In this document: piece after piece, positions 55,660-64,000 of the stretch | Position numbering within the stretch: position 1 is the first letter of the stretch | Layout of the letters: the number at the start of each line of letters is the position of its first letter | From: Candidatus Krumholzibacteriia bacterium | GTDB lineage: Bacteria; Krumholzibacteriota; Krumholzibacteriia; LZORAL124-64-63 | Length of the DNA: 64,000 nt | NCBI GenBank assembly: GCA_050174015.1 | Contig: JBFXKG010000008.1 | Span: forward strand, 64,001-128,000 | Direction: 5' to 3' | Made by a program: the position numbers and the translations under genes | Notes under the pieces: generated by a model | Database searches by the model: none | What the model was told of the DNA's origin: nothing | What the model saw: only the letters and a program-made list of their open reading frames with translations

Positions 55660-57729
55660 CTACTCGGTCCAGCGCCGCAGCCAGGCCATGACCTCGTCGT
55701 GCCACTGGATGGAGTTGTGGGGCTTGAGCACCCAGTGGTTCTCATCGGGGAAGTACAGCAGCCTGGCGGGCACCCCCTGCCTGCGCAGGGCGGTGAAGGT
55801 GCTCAGCCCCTGGGTGTCGACGACCCGGTAGTCCAGGGCGCCGTGGACCACCAGGGTGGGCACGTGCCAGTTCTGGACGTGGTCGGCGGGATTGTGCAGG
55901 CCGTAATGGCTGCCCTCGGCCCAGGGGGTTCCGCCGTGTTCCCACTCGGGGAACCACAGCTCCTCGGTGTCGAAGTAGGCCATGCGTTCGTCGAGGTTGC
56001 CGTCATGGCAGACGAAGGCCTTGAACTTGTGGCTGAAGGGCTGGCCGTGCATCCAGTTGATCATGTAGCCGCCGTAGCTCGCGCCGGCGGCGACGACCTT
56101 CTGGGAATCCATCCAGGGGTACTTCGCCAGGGCGGCCGCGAGTCCCTTCTCCAGGTCCTCGAGGGGACGGTCGCCCCAGTGGCCGCTGATGGCGTCGGTG
56201 AAGGCCTGGCCGTAACCCGTCGACCCGTGGAAGTCGACCGCCAGCGTGGCGAATCCGGCGCCGACGTAGGCCTGGGGATTCCAGCGATAGTGGAAGTCGT
56301 TGCCGAAGCTGCCCTGCGGTCCGCCGTGGACCAGGTAGGCGACGGGCCATTTCTGTCCGGCGAAGGCCTTGACCTCGCTGAAGTCGTAGGGCTTGACCAC
56401 GTAGGCGTGGACCGTTTCCCCGTTCCAGCCTTCGAAGGTGAACTGCTCGGGTTCGCCCATCAGGCAGCGGGAGAGCTTCTCGCCGTTGAGGTCGGTGATC
56501 CTGACCGGATCTCCGCCCTTGGCCTTGACTGTGAACAGCTCGGTGGGGGACTGCAGGTGCTGCTGGCCGAAGAGCAGGCGATCGGTGCCCAGCAGGCTCA
56601 GGCTCATGTTCCTGCCCATCCGGACGACCAGGTCCGCCTTGGCGGTTGCCACGTCGATCCGGAAGATGCTGGTCTGGCCGAGGTAGCCCGCCGTGCAGAA
56701 GACGGTCTTGCCGTCGGGGCTGAAGACCAGGCCGTGGGGGGTGAGATCCAGGCCCTCGTGGACCAGATCGATCCGCCGCAGCTGCCCGGTGGCCCAGTCC
56801 ATGAGCTTGATGTGGAAACGGTCGGCCTCGAAGCCGGGGCGGTCCATGGCCAGGAAGGCCAGGGTGGTCCCGTCGGGCGTGAACACCGGTTCGGTGTCCC
56901 ACGCCTGGTTGGCTTCGGTCAGGCAGCGGATGGTCCCGGAGCCGTCGGTGGGTACCGCGTACAGGTCGTAATCGGTGCTCCAGGCGGGTTCGCTGCCGGG
57001 CAGGATCTTCGCCGTGAAGACGACCTCGGTTCCGTCCGGGGACACCGCGACCTCCTCCAGGCCGCCCCAGGGCTTGGTGGGGACGTCCGCGTCCAGCCCG
57101 GGCGTCAGGTCCAGCGGTTCCATGGTCTCGCCGGGGACCAGGAACAGGTGGTTGCGCTTGCCGTCCTCCCAGGTGTCCCAGTGCCGGAACATCAGTTCGT
57201 CGTAGGCCATGCCGGTGGTCTTGGCCTGCGCCAGCTCGGCGTCGCGATCCAGGGTGCCCTGGATGCCGAGGCAGGGGTAGACCTCCATCGTCACCAGGAA
57301 CGCGTGCAGGTCGGGGACGACCTGGAACTCGCCGACGTCCAGGGCCAGCCGCGTCACCTGGACGGCCTCGCCGCCGGCGGGATCGATCCGCCAGATCTGG
57401 GAGCCGCCGCCGCGGGTGGACAGGAAGAAGAGCTTGCCGTCCAGGCACCAGCGGGCATTCCAGTCGGCGGCCTCGTGGGTGGTCAGGCGCCGGGGCTCGC
57501 CGCCCTCGGTGGGCGAGATCCAGATGTCGGTGCGGCCGCGGTTGGCCTCCAGGTCGGTGGTGCGCACCGTGTAGGCGACCCACTTGCCGTCGGGGGAGAC
57601 CTGGGGATCGCTGATGCGGTCCATGGCCAGCATGTCGTGAACGCTGAAGGGATGCTTCTGGTCGTCCTGGGCCGGGGCCGCCGCGGCGACCAGGACCAGG
57701 CAGAGGGAGAGGATCAGACGCGACTTCAA
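55660..57729 (-). CDS. S9 family (dipeptidyl/prolyl oligo-) peptidase, exported
   Basis: GGAGGT RBS before TTG 57729; signal peptide; 'VSPDG' propeller repeats; 'HGGPQ', 'GASYGG', 'DYRV', 'ENHW'. Confidence 0.92.
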   Translation of the reverse strand: MKSRLILSLCLVLVAAAAPAQDDQKHPFSVHDMLAMDRISDPQVSPDGKWVAYTVRTTDLEANRGRTDIWISPTEGGEPRRLTTHEAADWNARWCLDGKLFFLSTRGGGSQIWRIDPAGGEAVQVTRLALDVGEFQVVPDLHAFLVTMEVYPCLGIQGTLDRDAELAQAKTTGMAYDELMFRHWDTWEDGKRNHLFLVPGETMEPLDLTPGLDADVPTKPWGGLEEVAVSPDGTEVVFTAKILPGSEPAWSTDYDLYAVPTDGSGTIRCLTEANQAWDTEPVFTPDGTTLAFLAMDRPGFEADRFHIKLMDWATGQLRRIDLVHEGLDLTPHGLVFSPDGKTVFCTAGYLGQTSIFRIDVATAKADLVVRMGRNMSLSLLGTDRLLFGQQHLQSPTELFTVKAKGGDPVRITDLNGEKLSRCLMGEPEQFTFEGWNGETVHAYVVKPYDFSEVKAFAGQKWPVAYLVHGGPQGSFGNDFHYRWNPQAYVGAGFATLAVDFHGSTGYGQAFTDAISGHWGDRPLEDLEKGLAAALAKYPWMDSQKVVAAGASYGGYMINWMHGQPFSHKFKAFVCHDGNLDERMAYFDTEELWFPEWEHGGTPWAEGSHYGLHNPADHVQNWHVPTLVVHGALDYRVVDTQGLSTFTALRRQGVPARLLYFPDENHWVLKPHNSIQWHDEVMAWLRRWTE

Positions 57730-57846
57730 GGGATACCTCCGGATTGGGGACCAGCGACCGTCGGGGATGCAATCGGGAAAATATAGCCCACGGGCAGCGG
57801 GTTGACGAGGGGGGAACCTCGGCCCGGGGAATATCCGGCATGGGGC

Positions 57847-57875
57847 TTGAATCCGAACCGGCAGGCCGCTAGGAT
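57847..57875 (+). promoter_or_regulatory. Sigma-70-like promoter
   Basis: TTGAAT-N17-TAGGAT upstream of ATG 57912. Confidence 0.45.
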
Positions 57876-57911
57876 GGTTTCGATATTCCATTCCCTATCA
57901 CGGTGGTCATC

Positions 57912-59489
57912 ATGAAGATTTTCAAGGTGGATGCTCCGGTCCTGATCCTCCTCCTGGCCGCAGCCTCGTTGATGACGGCCTTCCCGGCCCGCGTTTTCGA
58001 ATGCGATGCGGTGATCTACGCCTGCGCCGGCGTCCATGGCGACACCGTCCAGAACACCGACGCCGGCCATCTGGCCTGGGGAGGGCTCGAACTGCTGGCG
58101 GCGGGGGCGGGCCGCTCGGTCCACCCACCCTGGAGCCCCATCCACCTGCTTCGCTGGCTGAGCATGGCCGCCGCCCTGGGCTGCGCCTGGCTGGTGTACC
58201 GGGTGCTGGCCTGCCGGTTGGGCATCGACCCGGTCCGGGCGGCGCTGATCACCGGGCTGTCGCTGTTCAGCTATTCCTTCTGGCACTTCGCCCTCCAGGC
58301 CGAACCCCACGCGCCCCACGCCCTGTTCCTGGCGGTCTTCCTGGTGGCGGGGGCCTCCCTCCTCTCGCATCCCAATCCGGCGAGAGGGGCGGCGACCGGC
58401 CTGGCCCTGGGAGCGGCCACCCTGTTGCACCAGACGAGCATCATCCTGTTCCCCGGAGTCCTGCTGGCGTTGTGGTTCACCCCCGGCGACGGCCGCACCC
58501 GGCTGCGGTCGGGGACGGGATTCGCAGGCGTCTACGTCTTGACGGCGATCGCTCCCTACCTGGCCGTGGGCTGGTTCGTGCGGGACCTGAGGACCGTTCC
58601 CGAGTTCCGGGAATGGATCCTGGGCATCAGCACCTGGGGCTACTGGGGCAACTGGCGGCCCACGAGCCTCCTCGCAGCGGCCGTGGGGATCGTCCGATCC
58701 TTCGTTGGTTCCCACTATCTGCTGGGCGTCGGCGGGATCGGCGATCTGGCCCGCCGCCTGTTCCCTGCCGCCTCCTGGGAAGACGAGCTGATGCTCGCGG
58801 CCGCCGTGCCCGGGTGGTCGAGGATCGTGCTGATTCCCGTCCAGGCTGCCGTCCTGGGCGGGATGATCGTGGTCATGGGCAGGGGGATCCCGCGATTGCG
58901 GCAGGTCTGGGGTGGGCGGCGCGCCCTCGGCCTCCTGCTGGTCTACTGGCTGGCCGTCCACCTGCTGTTCTTCACCTGGTGGGCGCCGGAGCGGGCCGAG
59001 TTCTGGATCGGGTTCTGGTTGCCGCTGATCGTCCTTCTGGGGCCGGGGATCGCGGCCGCCGGGGTGGGGCGCCGCACCCTTGCCCTGCTGCCGGCGGGGC
59101 TCGTGCTCGTGAACCTGCTGGGCAGCATCGCGCCCCAGTCCGTGGACCTCGAACCGGGAACGGCGGCGGCGGTGGCGATCGACCCGGTGGCACGGGCGGG
59201 GGACGTCCTGCTGACGGACGTGCCTCTGGGCCAGCGGGCGGGCCGCTTCGTCTATGCCCTGGACATGGTCCGCGTCCCGGCGGATACCGCCCGGGTCGTC
59301 GCCCTCGTGGATTCCCTGTTGACGGAGACGGAACGCCGGGGGAACACGCTGTTCTGGGTGGGATGGCGACCATCGGTCCCCCCGGGAGTTCTCGCGGCGG
59401 CGGGGGCGGGAAAGGTGGTGGCGGTGCGGGCGCCCGTCACGGTGCTGCCCTTGATCCGGGCGGTCGGCCGGCGGGGCCCGGATGGTTAG
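57912..59489 (+). CDS. Polytopic membrane protein, GT-C/DUF2723-like glycosyltransferase
   Basis: About 11-12 TMs; acidic first loop 'ECD'; 'FWHFALQAEPH'; alternative start GTG 57903. Confidence 0.5.
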   Translation: MKIFKVDAPVLILLLAAASLMTAFPARVFECDAVIYACAGVHGDTVQNTDAGHLAWGGLELLAAGAGRSVHPPWSPIHLLRWLSMAAALGCAWLVYRVLACRLGIDPVRAALITGLSLFSYSFWHFALQAEPHAPHALFLAVFLVAGASLLSHPNPARGAATGLALGAATLLHQTSIILFPGVLLALWFTPGDGRTRLRSGTGFAGVYVLTAIAPYLAVGWFVRDLRTVPEFREWILGISTWGYWGNWRPTSLLAAAVGIVRSFVGSHYLLGVGGIGDLARRLFPAASWEDELMLAAAVPGWSRIVLIPVQAAVLGGMIVVMGRGIPRLRQVWGGRRALGLLLVYWLAVHLLFFTWWAPERAEFWIGFWLPLIVLLGPGIAAAGVGRRTLALLPAGLVLVNLLGSIAPQSVDLEPGTAAAVAIDPVARAGDVLLTDVPLGQRAGRFVYALDMVRVPADTARVVALVDSLLTETERRGNTLFWVGWRPSVPPGVLAAAGAGKVVAVRAPVTVLPLIRAVGRRGPDG

Positions 59490-59860
59490 CGGGGCACCGG
59501 CAGCGGGCGACCTCCGGGGTCCAGATTCACGTAGGTGACGTCCGCCTGGGTGACGGGGATCACGTCCCCGCCGGCGCGCCTCTCCGCTTCCACGGTCACC
59601 CGCACACGCACGGACGTGCGGCCGATCTTGACGACCTCGGAATAGAAGCTGACCAGGTCCCCCACCTGCACGGGGGCGTGGAAGACCACCTCGTCCATGG
59701 CCACGGTGACCACCCGGGGACACCCCAACCGGATGGCGGCCACCGCGCCCGCCTGGTCGATGTGGCTGAGGATGACACCGCCGAAGATGGTGCCCTGGGG
59801 GTTGGTGTCCCGGGGCATCATCAGCACACGGATGGCTGCGTGGCGGTCTGGATCGGTCAC
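59486..59860 (-). CDS. Acyl-CoA thioesterase (HotDog, YciA-like)
   Basis: 'DTNPQGTIFGG', 'IDQAG', 'VVTVAMD', 'GRTS'. Confidence 0.9.
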   Translation of the reverse strand: MTDPDRHAAIRVLMMPRDTNPQGTIFGGVILSHIDQAGAVAAIRLGCPRVVTVAMDEVVFHAPVQVGDLVSFYSEVVKIGRTSVRVRVTVEAERRAGGDVIPVTQADVTYVNLDPGGRPLPVPR

Positions 59861-60516
59861 GGTCGGCCTCCAGGGTCCGGAAAGAGTCCCGCCCAGGAGA
59901 ACCCGGGCGGGGGAGGTTTGTCAATCCCCGATGTTGGGGGAGCGGGAGGACCCTGGAGTTCCCGCAGCAGCCAGGCCCGGGCGAGGGCCCAGTCCCGCTT
60001 CACGGTGGCCGTCCCCATCCCCAGGGCCAGGGCGGTTTCCTCGACGTCCAGACCTGCGAAGTACCGGCACTCGACCACCCGGGCGGCGCGCCGATCCCAT
60101 TGCGAGAGACGGTCGAGGAGCGTATCCAGCCTGATGATGAAATCGGCGTCGGGTTCCTCACGCGGGGCGGCCACCTCGAGACCCGCCGTCAGGGGCAGCA
60201 AGGCGTCGCCCCCCCCGCGCTTGAGGCGGCGGCGATCGCGGGCATGGTTGACCAGGATCCGGCGCATGGCCAGGGAGGCCACTCCCAGGAACTGCCCCCG
60301 TTCCTGCCAATTGGCCCGGGTCTGGTCCACGAGCTTCAGGTAGGCCTCGTGGACCAGGGCGGTGGGGGTCAGGGTGTGGCCGGCCCGTTCCCGCACGAGA
60401 TGGCGCCGGGCGATCTCCAGAAGTTCCTCGTAGATCAGGGGCAGGACCCGGTCCAGGGCACCGGCGTCACCCCGCTCGGCCGAGACCAGCAGCGCGGTGA
60501 TGTCGCCCCGGGTCAC
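59857..60516 (-). CDS. ECF sigma factor (TIGR02999 / STK-associated type)
   Basis: GTG 60516 overlapping the kinase stop; 'IYEELLEIA', 'HTLTPTALVHEAYLKL', 'MRRILVNHAR', 'TVKRDWALARAWL'. Confidence 0.9.
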   Translation of the reverse strand: MTRGDITALLVSAERGDAGALDRVLPLIYEELLEIARRHLVRERAGHTLTPTALVHEAYLKLVDQTRANWQERGQFLGVASLAMRRILVNHARDRRRLKRGGGDALLPLTAGLEVAAPREEPDADFIIRLDTLLDRLSQWDRRAARVVECRYFAGLDVEETALALGMGTATVKRDWALARAWLLRELQGPPAPPTSGIDKPPPPGFSWAGLFPDPGGRP

Positions 60517-62846
60517 GGCTTCCCCTCCCGGAATCGTGCCAGCAGGTCCAGCTGGTCCCGGATCTCGACCGTGTCCTGAGCGGCGGCGATCCGGATGGCC
60601 AGGGCTTCCCGCAACAGGGGCTCTGCCTGTTCGGGTCGTCCCGTCGCCAGCAGCACGCGGCCCAGCGCGAGGGCTCCGTCGGCGATGTAGGGGTGGTCGG
60701 CGGGCAAGTTGTTCCGGTCGATGTCCAGGCACCGTCCGAGGAAGCCGAGGGCCCTCTCGCGGTCCTCCAGGCTCTCCGCCACCAGGCCGAGGTTGTAATA
60801 CCCTGCCGAAACGGTGGGGTGCAGAGGACCCAGGGTCTCCTCCCAGATCCGGACCGCTTCGAGGAACATGGATTCCGCGGTCCGGGGATCGCCCCGGTCA
60901 CGCACCACCCGGGCCAGGTTGTTCAAGGTGTTGGCGACGTAGGGATGCCGCTCCCCGAGCACGTCGCGTCGGATGGCCAGGGCCTCGCGGAAGAGGGCTT
61001 CGGCTTCCGCGGCGTTCCCCTCCGCCCAGGTGGCCACGGCCAGGTTGTTCAGGCTCTGGGCGACCTCGACGTGGCGGGGCCCCAGCAGCGCCCGCCGCAG
61101 GCGCAGAGCCTCCTCGATCAGCGGCCGACCCCGCGCGTAGAGGCCCTGGACGTCATAGAGGACGCCGAGGTTGTTGAAGCTTTCCGCCGTCTCGGGATGC
61201 TGAAGGCCCAGGGTGCGGCGACGCAGGTCCAGGGCCGCGGCGAACAGGCTCTCGGCTGCGGCGTAGGCGCCTTGGCCCTGGTGAAGCGTGCCCAGGTAGT
61301 CGAGGCTGCGGGCGACGTCGGGGTGATCGGCGCCCAGATTCCTCAAACGGGCTTCGAGGCCCCGGCGGGTCAGTTCCAGGGAGCGCTCGGTTTCCCCGAG
61401 ATTTCCGAGGAGCCGGCCGTACAGGTGGAGGATGTCGGCCTGGAGTTCCGGCTCACCGTCCAGCCGGTCGATCATGGCGTCCTGGCTGAGGAGCAGGAAT
61501 TCCCTGATCCTCAAGGTGTCGCCTCGGACGCCCTGCGTGATCATGGGATCGGACACGTCGAACATGTCGATGAGCAGCCCGGTGATCTTCTCCGCCCGGT
61601 CCCTCTGCAGAGTGACCTCGTGCGCCTGTCTGCCGATCCTCGCCGCCTGCCCCGCCATCACCAGGGCGAAGACGAGGGTGACGGCGAACAGGGTGGCGGC
61701 CGCCCCGATGCCCAGGGCGTTCCGGCGGATGAACTTGACGGCACGGTAGCCCAGCGAGGCCGGTCGGGCGGTGATGGGCAGCCCGTCGAGATGGCGGCGG
61801 ACATCCTCCGCCAGGGCCTCCACGGAGCGGTAGCGCAGGGCGGCGTCGGGGTGAAGCGCGGCGCCGGTGATGACGTCCAGGTCGCCGCGCAGCTGCCGGG
61901 CGTGCCGGCCGGGACACGTGCTCGGCCGGGGCGCGGGGTGGCGTTCCAGGTGGCGGGCGAGATCCGCGGGATCTCGTTCCTCGCTCGGGAAGGGCCGACG
62001 CCGGGTCAGCAATTCGTAGAGGATGACCCCGAGGGACCAGACGTCCACTCCGGTCCCGGCCCGTTCCCCTCTCAGCAGTTCCGGTGCCGCGTAACCCGGG
62101 GTCAACGGCCTGGTCCCCGGCCTGGTCAGGGGGCGGGTCAGGTCGGGCACGGTGGGATCCAGCATCTTGGCGATCCCGAAGTCGAGTAGTTTCACCCGGC
62201 CGTCGGACATGACCAGGATGTTGGCGGGCTTGAGGTCACGGTGGACCACCAGGTTCCGGTGGGCGTGCTGGACCGCGGTGCAGATGGTCAGGAACAGTTC
62301 AAGGATCGAGCGCAGGGACAGCGCCTGCTGCTCGCACCAGACGTCGACGGGGACGCCGGCGACGAATTCCATCACCAGGTAGGGCCGGCCGTCGGGTGCG
62401 GCTCCGCCGTCCAGCAGGCGGGCGATGTTCGGATGGTCGAGCCCCGCCAGGACCTGCCGTTCGAAACGGAAGCGGGTCAGGACGTTTTCGGTGTCCATCC
62501 CGCGACGGACGAGCTTCAACGCCACTTCCTGCTCGAACTGATCGTCATCCCTGCGGGCCCGGTAGACCACGCCCATGCCGCCGGTGCCGACCCGCTCCAG
62601 GATGCGGTAGGGTCCGATCCGCTGCTGCTCCAGGGGATCGGGTGGCAGGCTCGGGCCGGGATCCCAGGACAAAGGCGCCTCGAGCGGTCCGTCCTGGTCG
62701 CCGGCGGCGAGCAGGGAGAGCAACTCGCGGTGAAGGTTAGGATCCCGGCGTTCCAGGTCGGCCAAACTGGCCGCACGCCCGGCGGGATCCAGGTCGTGAA
62801 GCCCGGCGAAGAGATCGGAAATGGTCTGCCAGCGATCAGGATCCAT
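60513..62846 (-). CDS. Hanks-type Ser/Thr kinase with TM and extracytoplasmic TPR repeats
   Basis: 'GTGGMGVVY', 'VALK', 'HRDLKPANI', 'DFG', 'APE'; TM; repeated 'HPxxAxSLNNL' TPR units. Confidence 0.93.
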   Translation of the reverse strand: MDPDRWQTISDLFAGLHDLDPAGRAASLADLERRDPNLHRELLSLLAAGDQDGPLEAPLSWDPGPSLPPDPLEQQRIGPYRILERVGTGGMGVVYRARRDDDQFEQEVALKLVRRGMDTENVLTRFRFERQVLAGLDHPNIARLLDGGAAPDGRPYLVMEFVAGVPVDVWCEQQALSLRSILELFLTICTAVQHAHRNLVVHRDLKPANILVMSDGRVKLLDFGIAKMLDPTVPDLTRPLTRPGTRPLTPGYAAPELLRGERAGTGVDVWSLGVILYELLTRRRPFPSEERDPADLARHLERHPAPRPSTCPGRHARQLRGDLDVITGAALHPDAALRYRSVEALAEDVRRHLDGLPITARPASLGYRAVKFIRRNALGIGAAATLFAVTLVFALVMAGQAARIGRQAHEVTLQRDRAEKITGLLIDMFDVSDPMITQGVRGDTLRIREFLLLSQDAMIDRLDGEPELQADILHLYGRLLGNLGETERSLELTRRGLEARLRNLGADHPDVARSLDYLGTLHQGQGAYAAAESLFAAALDLRRRTLGLQHPETAESFNNLGVLYDVQGLYARGRPLIEEALRLRRALLGPRHVEVAQSLNNLAVATWAEGNAAEAEALFREALAIRRDVLGERHPYVANTLNNLARVVRDRGDPRTAESMFLEAVRIWEETLGPLHPTVSAGYYNLGLVAESLEDRERALGFLGRCLDIDRNNLPADHPYIADGALALGRVLLATGRPEQAEPLLREALAIRIAAAQDTVEIRDQLDLLARFREGKP

Positions 62847-63026
62847 GGGCCTTCCCCGGGGACAAGCTAACTTCCTGCAATTGCAGCATATTCTAATCCT
62901 GGGGATGAATTTCGCCAGAAAATCGGATTAATTTGATCCCTCATTTCCCCGGACGGGGCGTTTCCGGTCAAAGGGCTATTCCTTCCGACCACCAACCCGG
63001 CCCTGGGGCTGGAAAGGGGCATTGTC

Positions 63027-64000
63027 ATGATCCGGAACCGATGTGCGAGCATCCTGGCAGCGAAGGTCCTGGCCTTCAGCCTGTCGCTGGCGCCGGGCGG
63101 CGCGGTCGCCACCACCGAAACCGCCGTCCTCTTCTCCTCCGATGCGGCCGCGGGCGACGACTTCGGGTGGTCCTTGGCCGTCGAAGGCACGACCCTGGTC
63201 GTGGGGGCCCCGAACGCGGACGTTGCGGGGAATTCCTCCCAGGGGGCCGTCTACGTTTTCGAGGACCAGGTCGGGTCCTGGGTTCAGATCCAGAAACTGA
63301 CCGCTTCGGACGGAGCGGCCTTCGACCAGTTCGGGTTTGCGGTTGCTGTCTCCGGGGACCTGATGGTCATCGGGGCGGAGGAGGCCCCCATCGGCCCCAA
63401 TTCCTCCCAGGGGGCGGCCTACGTCTTCGAGCGCACCGGCGGGATCTGGACGGAGATCCACAAGCTGGAGGAACCGTCCACCATCGAGAACTTCGCGGAA
63501 TACGGCCATTCCGTGGACATCGAGGGGGAGACCGTGGTGATCGGGGGATCGAAGGCCGGGCCGGTCGCCCACGGCCGGGTCTACGTCTACGGGCGGAACG
63601 AGGGTGGCGCCGACGCCTGGGGCCTGGTGGCCGAACTGCAGGACGACATCAACGACAGCAACGCCGGTTTCGGCGAGAGCGTGGACCTCGAGGGGGACCA
63701 CCTGGTGGTGGGAGCCCTGCTTCTCGACAGGGTGCAGGGCACCTACAACAACGAGGGGGGGGCCTACGTGTTCACGCGGGACGGTTCCGGGGTCTGGAGC
63801 CAGTCCGCCAAGCTCTTCGGCAGCGATGCCGCCGGCAACGACCGCGGCGGGATCGACGTCGCCATGGACGGGATGAAGGTGGTGGTCGGGGCCTACTCCT
63901 ACGAGAACGGCGGGTACGGTCGAGGCGCCGCCTACCTGTTCGACAACCCGACCCAGACTCCGGGAGGATGGGTGGAAACCGCCATCCTCACCCCGGGTGA
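63027..64000 (+). CDS. Secreted FG-GAP (integrin alpha beta-propeller) repeat protein, 3' truncated; this frame is not in the supplied ORF track
   Basis: Manual translation from ATG 63027: MIRNRCASILAAKVLAFSLSLAPGGAVA... 'DDFGWSLAVEGTTLVVGAP..GAVYVF', 'DQFGFAVAVSGDLMVIGA..GAAYVF', 'FGESVDLEGDHLVVGA..GGAYVF'. Confidence 0.88.
   Translation, partial: MIRNRCASILAAKVLAFSLSLAPGGAVATTETAVLFSSDAAAGDDFGWSLAVEGTTLVVGAPNADVAGNSSQGAVYVFEDQVGSWVQIQKLTASDGAAFDQFGFAVAVSGDLMVIGAEEAPIGPNSSQGAAYVFERTGGIWTEIHKLEEPSTIENFAEYGHSVDIEGETVVIGGSKAGPVAHGRVYVYGRNEGGADAWGLVAELQDDINDSNAGFGESVDLEGDHLVVGALLLDRVQGTYNNEGGAYVFTRDGSGVWSQSAKLFGSDAAGNDRGGIDVAMDGMKVVVGAYSYENGGYGRGAAYLFDNPTQTPGGWVETAILTPG

Noticed and set aside
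60560..61400. About 126-nt periodic similarity in the kinase gene
   Set aside because: Explained by ordinary TPR repeats.
62933..64000. 355-aa Arg/Gly-rich ORF in the supplied track
   Set aside because: Wrong frame; the real gene is the FG-GAP frame starting at 63027.
1..64000. Frequent GATC/GGATCC words
   Set aside because: Plausibly due to ATC/GAT codon usage; enrichment cannot be shown without a Markov-model count.
1..64000. Mobile elements, prophage, tRNA/rRNA genes, defence systems
   Set aside because: No transposase, integrase, phage, Cas or structural-RNA signatures recognised; the sirtuin is a canonical CobB, not a defence Sir2.

Overview
High-GC bacterial chromosomal window with about 48 CDSs and no rRNA, tRNA, CRISPR array or mobile element that I can support. 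The mix of futalosine-pathway genes, a FlgD-Ig C-terminal-domain protein and a long GreA is compatible with an FCB-adjacent candidate lineage such as Krumholzibacteriota (inference only). (1) 1-23.3 kb is a strand-switching surface-polysaccharide locus: O-antigen ligase/polymerase, ExeA-SPOR ATPase, five GT4s, deacetylase, two CapK/PaaK-like ligases, epimerases, MBOAT plus SGNH acyltransferase, DUF354, bi-domain oxidoreductase and CapA. (2) 23.6-42.5 kb holds mqnA-mqnC, a sulfotransferase, a glycoside-hydrolase-like lipoprotein, a degenerate RelA/SpoT-fold protein, a PLP trans-sulfuration enzyme, a secreted TPP II-like subtilase, a GT4, an orphan histidine kinase overlapping a sirtuin, a metallopeptidase, a small FlgD-CTD protein and a long GreA. 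(3) 42.8-52 kb is a compact MSHA/T2SS-like type IV filament operon whose in-operon pilin has three tandem GspG-like heads and a poly-Gly tail, with a second, convergently encoded pilin. This is my best candidate for an undescribed system. (4) 52-64 kb holds an SDR, an IorAB-type molybdoenzyme, an S9 peptidase, a GT-C-like membrane protein, a thioesterase and a Ser/Thr kinase-ECF sigma pair divergent from an FG-GAP repeat protein. Sigma-54-type promoter motifs precede three genes or operons for exported proteins. All functional calls come from motif recognition by eye; no database searches were run.
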